Assembly: GCA_963801815.1 (NCBI GenBank)
Contig: CAWDGJ010000002.1
Span: 320,001 to 384,000, forward strand
Source: an uncultured Verrucomicrobiae bacterium
GTDB lineage: Bacteria > Verrucomicrobiota > Verrucomicrobiia > Chthoniobacterales > UBA10450
Length of the DNA: 64,000 nt
Direction of reading: 5' to 3'
Part shown: piece by piece, positions 54,555 through 62,938 of the stretch
How the letters are laid out: each line of letters begins with the position of its first letter
Numbering within the stretch: position 1 is the stretch's first letter
Translations under genes and position numbers: made by a program
Notes under the pieces: generated by a model
The model's input: only the letters and a program-made list of their open reading frames with translations
The model's database searches: none
Told to the model about the DNA's origin: nothing

Positions 54555-56360
54555 TTAGACCATCGGCCGGAAGCGACCGACGACTTCCTGCAAACGGCCG
54601 GTGATCTGGCCTAACGAACAGACTTCAACGGCATCGAGCAGCGCCGGGAAACAATTCTTTCCGCTCTCGACGACCGCCGCAAGCTTATCGAGCGCGCGCT
54701 TCGTCTTCTCGGCGTTTTTCTTTTTGAACTTGGCCAGCCGGTCGACTTGCAACTGTTGTTTCTTGCGCGGCGTCCGAACGAGCTTCACGTCGCGATTGTC
54801 GTCGTCTCCATTGCGATACTTGTTCAGCGCGACGATCGGCCGTGTGCCGTCATAGATTTGTTGTTCGTAACGGTGCGCTGCGTTCTGAATTTGGCTGCGC
54901 TGATAACGTTCCTCCACCGCAGCCAGCACGCCACCCAGTCGCTCGATCTCCCGAAATTCCTCGAGAATCGCGGCTTCCACCGCGCGCTCGACCGCTTTCA
55001 TCCCGGGCGAGCCGCTCAACATGTTCATGGTGTGCTTAAAGATTCCCGACTCTTCGAGCAGAATCGCCTGACCGTGGGCGGCGAGCCGAATCCATTCCTC
55101 GCTCGGCGTGGTGAACGGTTCGTCAGCGCTATTCGAATGACACGAATTGGTCGCATTCATGTAGGAAAGCATCAATTCTGCGGCAGTGCGGGTGAGATTG
55201 TTCTTAAACTCTGCCGCAATCAACGAACGCCCGCTGGTTTGAGTGTGTAATTTGTAAAGCTGTGCCTTTGGTCCGGCCCCAAACACGTCTCGCATTCCGA
55301 TCGCCCAAATCCGTCGCGACACGCGCGAGAGGGCGATGTATTCCGCGTCGAGACCGCAATCGAGAAAGAACGAAAGCCGCGGGCCGAATTGGTCGACCGG
55401 GATTCCGCGCGCGGCGAACATTTCCGCGTAGGCAAACCCGTTGGACAGCGTGTAGGCCGCTTGCTGCACCGGCGTCGATCCGGCTTCGCCGATGTGATAG
55501 CCGCTGATAGAGATCGGATACCAACGCGGCATTTCGCGCGAGGTGAACTCGACCATGTCGGTCAGAAAACGCAGCGACGGCTCGATCGGAAAAATCGTTT
55601 CGTTCTGCGCCTGGACTTCCTTGAAAATATCGGCCTGAACCGTGCCGCGGAGTTTCGGAACGACATTTGGGCCGAAGCGCCGCTTAGCCGCCGCGATGTA
55701 CATCGCCATAATAATCGGTGCGGGACCGCTGATGGTCATCGACGCAGAAAAATCGGCCGAGCCGAGATCGAACCCGTCATACAGGCGCACCATGTCTTCC
55801 ACGGTATCGATCGCCACGCCGCCTTCGCCGATTTTTCCAAAAACGCCGTCGGCATCACTATCAATCCCGTAAAGCGTCGGACCGTCGAACGCCGTGCTCA
55901 GACGTTTCGAGCGTTGATGTGCGCTAAGAAAATGGAAACGCTCGTTCGTGTCTTCGGCTAACATTAATCCGGAGAACAAACGCGTCGGTTCCTCTGCCTG
56001 CGGAATTTTCTTTCCGGCGGTTTTCTTGTTATCGCCGTTTTTCTCGAAGCTCTCGATCTCGCGGATCGGCTCCAAATACATTTCGCGATACGCGCCGTTT
56101 AGATAGGGAAACTCGCCCGGCAATCCTTCCCCGAACAAAAAGCGCGCGATCTCGCCGGGCTCGTCGATTTCTGGCAACGCCAAACGCGGCAGCGGAATCC
56201 CAGTCGGGGTGCGCGTCGTCGGGATCTTTGCCTTGATATCGTTCCAGCGCCCGACCAGATCGCGGCCGAAATCCTTATCGGTCCGTGCGCGCTTCACCTC
56301 ATCGAGAACGAACTGGTTGTATTTTTCGACCGACTCAACAACTTGTCCGAGCTTGCTCAT
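54555..56360 (-). CDS. Acyl-CoA mutase substrate-binding (TIM-barrel) subunit, IcmF C-terminal-half-like
   Basis: PG.FPY..G.Y, PTRLFSG, RLSTAFD, RGTVQADI.KE.QAQN, SISGYHI.EAG, H.QTSGRSL. Confidence 0.9.
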   Translation of the reverse strand: MSKLGQVVESVEKYNQFVLDEVKRARTDKDFGRDLVGRWNDIKAKIPTTRTPTGIPLPRLALPEIDEPGEIARFLFGEGLPGEFPYLNGAYREMYLEPIREIESFEKNGDNKKTAGKKIPQAEEPTRLFSGLMLAEDTNERFHFLSAHQRSKRLSTAFDGPTLYGIDSDADGVFGKIGEGGVAIDTVEDMVRLYDGFDLGSADFSASMTISGPAPIIMAMYIAAAKRRFGPNVVPKLRGTVQADIFKEVQAQNETIFPIEPSLRFLTDMVEFTSREMPRWYPISISGYHIGEAGSTPVQQAAYTLSNGFAYAEMFAARGIPVDQFGPRLSFFLDCGLDAEYIALSRVSRRIWAIGMRDVFGAGPKAQLYKLHTQTSGRSLIAAEFKNNLTRTAAELMLSYMNATNSCHSNSADEPFTTPSEEWIRLAAHGQAILLEESGIFKHTMNMLSGSPGMKAVERAVEAAILEEFREIERLGGVLAAVEERYQRSQIQNAAHRYEQQIYDGTRPIVALNKYRNGDDDNRDVKLVRTPRKKQQLQVDRLAKFKKKNAEKTKRALDKLAAVVESGKNCFPALLDAVEVCSLGQITGRLQEVVGRFRPMV

Positions 56361-57535
56361 TTCTTCCTCCGTTCCTTGGTAGGGACATCCCGTTGCGATG
56401 TCCGCGGACGGCGCAGCGCGCCATCCCTACCTGAAATTAAATCGAACAAACGATCCACGCCAGCGTCGCGGTGACGTTTGGCCACGGTATCGAGCAGTCG
56501 CTGTTTCCGGCGATTTTGCTCAAGACGTTGCTCGATTTCCGTGTGTGCGGTCTTCGCGCGCTGCAAATCGCTCTTGTTCACAACCACAATATCGGCCAGG
56601 TCGAGCATGACAATCTTCTGCAATTGCAATCGGCTTCCGTAATCGGGGTTCATCACCAACACGGTTTGATCGACGATTCCGTTTGTCTGAAACGGCATTG
56701 CTTCCTGCCCAGTGCCAACCGTTTCGATAATCACGTAGTCGAATCCGGAATTCGCGAGCAACGCCAGGCAACCTTGCGTCGCGGGCGAGAGCCCTCCGGC
56801 CTGTCCGCGCGTAGCCATGCTCCTCATGAAAACGCGATCGTCCTGGGAGTTGATCATCGTCGCGCGATCGCCGAGTAGCGCCCCTTCGCCAATCACGCTC
56901 GGATCGTGCGATAAAATCGCGACCCGCGATCGTCGATCTTTATTGAGGAACCGCAGCACCAATTCATCGATTAGTGTCGTCTTGCCGGCGCCGCCAGGAC
57001 CGGTAAATCCAATCACTTTGGTGTTTCGGATTTCGGATTTCGGATTTCGGATTTTCCCATTTGCGTCTTCGATTTCCGTCAGCTTGTGGGCCAATTCTTG
57101 TTCCGCGGATTTTGGCTTAACTCTCTTACCGCGCGGTTTGCTGTATCGGTCGTGAACGAATTTCACCATTTCTTCGAGTGAAGTTCCGGCGAAGAAAATT
57201 TCGTCCACGCCTTTGCGTCGCATGATTTTCGCGTCGTCGTGAGTGATCGTTCCGCCGCCGCCGCCGAAGACTTTGATGTCGTCCGCGCCCTTCCTGCGCA
57301 GGAGATCGACAACTTCCGCGAAGAATTCGATGTGGCCGCCGTTGTAGCTGGAAATCCCGATCGCCCGCACGTCTTCCTGGATTGCTGCGCGCACGATGTC
57401 GGCGACCGGGCGGTGATAGCCGAGATACACAACCTCGATCCCGTGCCGGATGAACTCGAGATTGATCGTGTTGATGGCGCTATCGTGGCCATCGCAAATC
57501 GGGACAGCGGTGAGGACTCGAATCGGTGAAGCCAT
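56357..57535 (-). CDS. B12-binding domain fused to MeaB/ArgK-type GTPase, IcmF N-terminal-half-like
   Basis: DGHD, SSY.GGH, FGGGGG, TGPGGAGKT, DPS....GALLGDR, RS.ATR, ETVG.GQ, NKSD. Confidence 0.92.
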   Translation of the reverse strand: MASPIRVLTAVPICDGHDSAINTINLEFIRHGIEVVYLGYHRPVADIVRAAIQEDVRAIGISSYNGGHIEFFAEVVDLLRRKGADDIKVFGGGGGTITHDDAKIMRRKGVDEIFFAGTSLEEMVKFVHDRYSKPRGKRVKPKSAEQELAHKLTEIEDANGKIRNPKSEIRNTKVIGFTGPGGAGKTTLIDELVLRFLNKDRRSRVAILSHDPSVIGEGALLGDRATMINSQDDRVFMRSMATRGQAGGLSPATQGCLALLANSGFDYVIIETVGTGQEAMPFQTNGIVDQTVLVMNPDYGSRLQLQKIVMLDLADIVVVNKSDLQRAKTAHTEIEQRLEQNRRKQRLLDTVAKRHRDAGVDRLFDLISGRDGALRRPRTSQRDVPTKERRKK

Positions 57536-57602
57536 TTGAGAGCGAAAAGCCTAACGTTAAACGTTTGACGGGCAATGCGATTCTAGCCTAGTAGCGAGAC
57601 GG

Positions 57603-58070
57603 ATGAAAAGACCCCAAGCCTTACGAGTAATCGCACTAGCCTGGCTGGTCGCGGGCGTTTTGGATATCACATCTGCTTTCGTGATCGCGACGCTCAGAGG
57701 AACTGGATCAATTCGAATGTTGCAGGGAATCGCCAGCGGTCTGCTCGGTCGAAGCTCGTTTGATGGCGGCTTCGCCACCGCTGGATTGGGTCTGGGGATT
57801 CATTTTTCCATCGCTCTAGTCGCTGTGTTGGCGTTTTACATCGCCAGTTGCAAAATCAGTTTTTTGACACGGCAGCCGATTCTTTCAGGATTGTTTTACG
57901 GAATTGTGGTCTACGCGTTCATGTATTGGGTGGTTATTCCGCTCGTCTTCCCAACGGCCCACCCTTCTTATTCGAGAGATGTGACTGCTGTGATCATTCA
58001 CATGGTTTTAATCGGACTACCGATTGCGCTGATTGTCAGTCGTTTCTCCGAACCATCGTCTGAGACATAA
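57603..58070 (+). CDS. Membrane protein of unknown function
   Basis: Four TMs; AG.LDI, Q.IASG..G, H..IA, M...V.P, H....G.PIA. Confidence 0.8.
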   Translation: MKRPQALRVIALAWLVAGVLDITSAFVIATLRGTGSIRMLQGIASGLLGRSSFDGGFATAGLGLGIHFSIALVAVLAFYIASCKISFLTRQPILSGLFYGIVVYAFMYWVVIPLVFPTAHPSYSRDVTAVIIHMVLIGLPIALIVSRFSEPSSET

Positions 58071-58826
58071 ATGAACGACCCACTCGATTTCACTGGTAAA
58101 GTTGTTCTCGTGACCGGCAGCTCGCGCGGCATCGGCGCCGAAATGATCAAAGTCTTCGGCGAACGCGGCGCAAGCTGCGTCGTGAATTACTTCACCGATC
58201 CGCAGGGGCAAAACAAGACGGATGCGGAGAGCGTCGCAAAGGGATTGAAGGAACCGCTCATGATGGATTGCGACGTAACGAAGCCGGACCAGGTCGAAGC
58301 GATGATGAAGCAAATCCAGGATCGGCATGGTGGCCTCGATATTCTCGTGAACAATTCCGGCATCATCCGCGACCGCACGATCAAGAAGATGACGCTCGCA
58401 GAATTTGAGAGCATCGTCCGCGTGAATTTGGCGGGCACATTTAATGTGACGCAAAAGGCGATGGCCGTGTTACGAAGCGGCGGACGCGTCATCAACATGT
58501 CGTCGGTCAGCGGACAGATGGGTTTGTTCGGTCAAGCCAACTATTCGTCGAGCAAGGCGGCCATTATCGCGCTTACCAAAGTTTCGGCACGGGAGCTGGC
58601 GCGGCAGAATATTACGGTCAACGCAATCGCTCCGGGATTCATTGATGTCGGTATGAGCAAAGGCATGCCGGACGAGGTGACGGAGAATTTCAAGAAACAG
58701 ATTCCGCTCGGCCGCCTGGGCGACGTCCACGAAATTGTGGATGCCGCGCTATTTCTCGCCTCGCCGATGGCGAGCTACATCACCGGCCACGTGTTGAACG
58801 TAAACGGCGGTTTCTACATGGGCTGA
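58071..58826 (+). CDS. FabG-like short-chain dehydrogenase (3-oxoacyl/acetoacetyl-CoA reductase)
   Basis: TGSSRGIG, NNSGI.RD, GQANYSSSK, IPLGR.G, VNGG. Confidence 0.93.
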   Translation: MNDPLDFTGKVVLVTGSSRGIGAEMIKVFGERGASCVVNYFTDPQGQNKTDAESVAKGLKEPLMMDCDVTKPDQVEAMMKQIQDRHGGLDILVNNSGIIRDRTIKKMTLAEFESIVRVNLAGTFNVTQKAMAVLRSGGRVINMSSVSGQMGLFGQANYSSSKAAIIALTKVSARELARQNITVNAIAPGFIDVGMSKGMPDEVTENFKKQIPLGRLGDVHEIVDAALFLASPMASYITGHVLNVNGGFYMG

Positions 58827-58838
58827 ACGCGCGCGTCG

Positions 58839-59885
58839 TTATTTCAACGACGCAATGTCGATCACGAAACGGTATTTTACGTCGCTGCGCAGCATCCGTC
58901 CGTAGGCCTCGTTAATATAGTCAGCATTAATTTTCTCGATGTCGCAGGTGATGCCGCGATCTGCGCAGAAATCGAGCATCTCCTGGGTCTCGGCGATTCC
59001 GCCGATGAGCGAACCTGCCAGTCGATGCCTCCAGCGGATAAAGCTAAACGCCTCGACAGGAATCGGATCCGGTGGGGCTCCGATCAGGCAGAGCGTGCCG
59101 TCGCGCTTCAGCAGGCTCAGGTATGCGTCGAGATCGTGTTTGGCGGAAACCGTGTCGAGAATGAAATCGCAACTTTTCGCATGTGCGTTCATTGCGTCCT
59201 CGTCTTTGGAAATTACAACTTCATGGGCGCCAAGCCGCTTCGCGTCAGCGGTCTTGCCGGCGGAAGTCGTGAACAAAATTACGTGAGCTCCAAACGCATT
59301 CGCTAATTTCACTCCCATGTGACCAAGCCCGCCTAGACCGACCACGCCCACAGTTTGGCCTTTTCCAACTTTCCAATGCCGCAGCGGCGAATACGTGGTG
59401 ATGCCGGCGCACAAGAGCGGCGCGCTTGCCGCAGGATCGACATTGTTCCGCACGCGAAGAACGAAATTTTCGTCCACGACGATACTCGTTGAATAGCCGC
59501 CGTAGGTCACGCCGCCCGTGTGTTCGTCCGGGCTATTGTAGGTGAACACAACGTCCTCGCAAAATTGCTCCAGGTTTTCGTGACAACTTCGGCAATCCCG
59601 GCAGGCGTCGACCATGCATCCAACAGCAGCGAGATCGCCTTCTTTGAATTTTTTCACACCCCGACCGACCGCAATAACACGGCCAATGATCTCATGACCT
59701 GGCACGCACGGGTAGGTTGTGCCGTCCCACTCATTGCGAGCAGTGTGAATGTCCGAATGACAGACACCGCAGAATAAAATGTCGATCTTCACGTCGTTTG
59801 GCAAAACATCGCGTCGAGTGAATGAAAATGGCTCAAGCGGCGATTTCGCGGAAGGAGCCGCGTACGCTTTCGTTTTCGCAGTCAT
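58839..59885 (-). CDS. Zn/NAD(P)-dependent alcohol dehydrogenase (cinnamyl-ADH family)
   Basis: CGVCHSD, GHE, C..C..C, APLLCAGITTY, GLGGLG, YRFVID. Confidence 0.95.
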   Translation of the reverse strand: MTAKTKAYAAPSAKSPLEPFSFTRRDVLPNDVKIDILFCGVCHSDIHTARNEWDGTTYPCVPGHEIIGRVIAVGRGVKKFKEGDLAAVGCMVDACRDCRSCHENLEQFCEDVVFTYNSPDEHTGGVTYGGYSTSIVVDENFVLRVRNNVDPAASAPLLCAGITTYSPLRHWKVGKGQTVGVVGLGGLGHMGVKLANAFGAHVILFTTSAGKTADAKRLGAHEVVISKDEDAMNAHAKSCDFILDTVSAKHDLDAYLSLLKRDGTLCLIGAPPDPIPVEAFSFIRWRHRLAGSLIGGIAETQEMLDFCADRGITCDIEKINADYINEAYGRMLRSDVKYRFVIDIASLK

Positions 59886-59930
59886 GTAATTGACTCGCAG
59901 CCTACTCGCGGATTGCGCGTCGCGAAATTC

Positions 59931-60146
59931 CTAGTCGAGAGTTTGGACCAATAGCCAAACCGCTGCTGAAAGCACTGCCGCGAAGCACGACAACACCAGC
60001 GCCGCGCGGCGCGATTGGCGAACTTTGAATTCCGGTCGCGGGATGTCGTCATGAATGTGGCTGCCCTCGTAAAGCTTCATCAAAACAAAAGCGACTATGA
60101 AACCGACAGCAGCCCATTTCAGGGAACCCAAAGTGAGATCAAGCAT
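59931..60146 (-). CDS. Small two-TM hypothetical protein
   Basis: ATG-started ORF filling the gap, two hydrophobic helices. Confidence 0.55.
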   Translation of the reverse strand: MLDLTLGSLKWAAVGFIVAFVLMKLYEGSHIHDDIPRPEFKVRQSRRAALVLSCFAAVLSAAVWLLVQTLD

Positions 60147-60276
60147 TCAAAACTAGTCTAACTCCGTGGTTAAAAATGTTCAATTTCCAGCGTTGTCATC
60201 CACCGTCCGGCAAATTGGCTTGGCTCGTCGGTTCCTCTTGCTCGTCACCTGTCACTTATCACTGGTCACTTCTTGA

Positions 60277-60669
60277 TCAGCGGCCGCCCTGCACGCTGAG
60301 TTCCCAGCGGTAGCCGTCCGGATCGTGAAACCAGATGCCCATGTTCCTGGAACCTGACGCTTCGGGTCCGATTTCATGACCAGGATCTTCGATATCGACC
60401 TTGTGCTTTTTCAAATGCCTCAGCGCCTTTCGTAAGGTCGACATGTTGGGCAAATGAAACGACATGTGATCCAGAGTTTCGGGCGACGATTTCCCTTTGA
60501 ATAGCGCGATTGTTACATTGTCGTTCCCAATCGCGATTCCATGTTCGAATTCGAACTCTTTACGCAAACCAAGAACCCGTTGAAACCAACGCGCGCTTTT
60601 TTTCGGATCGCGCACCGCCAGTCCGAAATGACCCACGACGCCAAGTTTAAACGGCACCTTCATTTTCAT
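60277..60669 (-). CDS. VOC/glyoxalase-family protein
   Basis: H..L.V.D...S..W...VLGL, DH.SF, F.DPDG...EL. Confidence 0.9.
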   Translation of the reverse strand: MKMKVPFKLGVVGHFGLAVRDPKKSARWFQRVLGLRKEFEFEHGIAIGNDNVTIALFKGKSSPETLDHMSFHLPNMSTLRKALRHLKKHKVDIEDPGHEIGPEASGSRNMGIWFHDPDGYRWELSVQGGR

Positions 60670-60714
60670 ATTTCAAAACGAGCCTGAGCATGCCAAAAGA
60701 GAACGCATTCGAGC

Positions 60715-61083
60715 ATGATTGCGTTGGCATTAATTTTGTGCGCGGCGATTGCCCTGCTGGGAGTGATCACAATCGTCAAACCCGCCTTGGCGCACGATTT
60801 GACGCGTTTGTTCGCGGACAAGACGGGCATGTGGGTCGTAACGGCAATTCGGGCGGTCCTCGCTCTCGGTCTCCTCGCCGCCGCCAGCGATTCGAAAGCG
60901 CCAATGTTGTTGCGCCTCCTCGGTTTGCTCATCCTGATCGTGGCGATCGTGATGCCGATCCTGGGTTTGGACCGGCATAGGCGAATGATTGACTGGTGGC
61001 TGGCGCGACCGCGGACCGTGCAAATGCTTTGTGGCGCATCCGCCTTCGTGTTCGGGATTGGCTTGATCTATTTGATCCTCTAA
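60715..61083 (+). CDS. Small membrane protein
   Basis: Four hydrophobic helices, divergent from the VOC gene. Confidence 0.7.
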   Translation: MIALALILCAAIALLGVITIVKPALAHDLTRLFADKTGMWVVTAIRAVLALGLLAAASDSKAPMLLRLLGLLILIVAIVMPILGLDRHRRMIDWWLARPRTVQMLCGASAFVFGIGLIYLIL

Positions 61084-61138
61084 AGCGCACGCATCGAAGG
61101 GGGCAAAGACTGAGCATGGGAAATGCTTTTTCCCTTGT

Positions 61139-61465
61139 ATGCCTCTTGCACTCACCTCCACAAAGCCGGGCAAACGGGAATCACGTCCAGACCTGACTCC
61201 GGCATTCGGCTCGGTCTATTCGATCACCGAGATTAATGCCTACATTGCAATTCGAGATCAGTTACTCGACGAAGCGGAAAAGCTTCACACAACTGCAAAG
61301 ATCGCGAGCACCGCGCTAGCCAACGATTTCGTCGAAGGCTGTCTAAAGTCACCGCGTCCTCCCTACGAAGCTCAATGCTTGCCGGAGAAAGATGCAATCC
61401 GCGAACGCAAACGCTGCGAGGCAGTTCGCGTGCGAATCGCGCAACTCCGCAGTTCGGCCGCCTAG
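61139..61465 (+). CDS. Hypothetical protein
   Basis: 108-aa ATG ORF filling the gap before a convergent thiolase. Confidence 0.6.
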   Translation: MPLALTSTKPGKRESRPDLTPAFGSVYSITEINAYIAIRDQLLDEAEKLHTTAKIASTALANDFVEGCLKSPRPPYEAQCLPEKDAIRERKRCEAVRVRIAQLRSSAA

Positions 61466-61515
61466 CTGACGCCAATTAAAGATCGATTTGGATAACCGCC
61501 AGTCCGGCCCGGACT

Positions 61516-62754
61516 TTAATCCCTGCCCCACAACATCGCGACGCTCGTCGTCAGACTGCCGCCCATGTTGAAGGTGAGATAACGCTTCGCGTTTGGAATT
61601 TGGCGCGCCCCGGCTTGGCCGGTCAGATGTTGATAGGCCTCGACGACTTGTCGAACACCCGTCGCTCCAACCGGATGACCGTCGCCAATTAACCCGCCAC
61701 CCGGATTCACCGGCAGCTCGAACGCGAATTTTCCTTTCATCTTTTCGTTGCGGACTTGCGGCAGCGCAGTCGCGCCGCTCTTCGCTAATTCCGCGCCCTT
61801 CCCTGGTTCCGCGAGCCCGAGAATCTCATAGACCACGACCTCAGTGACCGAAAAACAATCATGAACGTCGGCGCCATTTAAATCGCGCGGTTTCAAGTTC
61901 GCCATTCCAAACGCGCGTTCCGCCGCTTTACGCGCGATCGAAAATGTCGGCGCGTCTTTTTTGTCGAGCGGCAAATAATCGGTCGCGTGACCAAATCCCA
62001 GCAAGCGCGGGGTTTTCTTTTTGTCGCGGCCGATCTTCTCCAAATATTTGCCCGACACCAAAACGAGCCCCGCCGACCCGTCCGTGATCTGCGAACAATC
62101 GGAAACTTTCAGCGGCGGAGCGACGCTCGGGTTTTTGTCCGACACTTGCGACGCGCAATCGAGCGTTAAGTCGGCATCGCGCATTTGCGCCAGCGGATTC
62201 AGCTTTGCATGCGCGTAGTTTTTCCACGCGACCGTGGCGAGGTCCGATTCGGTGGCGCCGTATTTGTCGATGTAAATTTGTGCGATCTTCCCGAACAGTT
62301 TCGGGAACATGAAATCGCCGTACTCCGGCTTTTCGTTGTGATAATCCGCAGCCGCGCCAAGTACATCGGATCCGTCCAACGACGACATGGTCTTCTGTTG
62401 TTCCGCGCCGACCACCAGGACCGTGTCGTAAATCCCGCCCATGATCCATTCCGCGCCGAGTAAAACCGAAAGTGCGCCCGAAGCGCAGGCTGCTTCGGTA
62501 TGCATTGTTGGAATGCCGCGCAATTTAGGATCGATCTCAGGAATGAACGCGCCGAGTTGTAATTGCTTTGTAAATTGCCCGGAGTTGAAATTTCCGACCG
62601 CGCCAGCCTGAATTTCGCCCGGGTCGATCTTCGCATCGTCAATCGCCTTCTTACCGGCCTCGACAATGAGATGGCGGATGGTCTTGCCTTCTTTCTTCAT
62701 GTTGCGCTTAAAGTCCGTGCGCCCGCCGCCGAGAATGTAAACTGGCTCGTTCAT
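61516..62754 (-). CDS. Thiolase, SCP2-type (HDCF motif)
   Basis: EAACASG, DCSQITDG, VHDCFS, GHPVGATG. Confidence 0.92.
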   Translation of the reverse strand: MNEPVYILGGGRTDFKRNMKKEGKTIRHLIVEAGKKAIDDAKIDPGEIQAGAVGNFNSGQFTKQLQLGAFIPEIDPKLRGIPTMHTEAACASGALSVLLGAEWIMGGIYDTVLVVGAEQQKTMSSLDGSDVLGAAADYHNEKPEYGDFMFPKLFGKIAQIYIDKYGATESDLATVAWKNYAHAKLNPLAQMRDADLTLDCASQVSDKNPSVAPPLKVSDCSQITDGSAGLVLVSGKYLEKIGRDKKKTPRLLGFGHATDYLPLDKKDAPTFSIARKAAERAFGMANLKPRDLNGADVHDCFSVTEVVVYEILGLAEPGKGAELAKSGATALPQVRNEKMKGKFAFELPVNPGGGLIGDGHPVGATGVRQVVEAYQHLTGQAGARQIPNAKRYLTFNMGGSLTTSVAMLWGRD

Positions 62755-62792
62755 AGGATTTTAATTTAGCCAAAGTCGGCCCGCTGTCACCC

Positions 62793-62931
62793 TTCTGGGG
62801 AGCGCACGCGCCCTCGCGTGCTAACGCCAGTCCGGCTCGGACCGATTGCGCCTCGCAATCGTAAACTTTTTCTCTGTAGATTTCGGCGAGGGCGCCGAAA
62901 TCCGCACGCGGGGCGCGTGCGCTCCCCAGAA
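62793..62931. repeat. Palindromic element with CTGGGGAGCGCACGCGCC terminal inverted repeats
   Basis: ttctggggagcgcacgcgccctcgcgtgc ... gcacgcggggcgcgtgcgctccccagaa. Confidence 0.9.
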
Positions 62932-62938
62932 AAATGCG

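Noticed and set aside
57536..57602. Cobalamin riboswitch upstream of the B12 mutase genes
   Set aside because: The intergenic gap is only 67 bp and no B12 box is visible.
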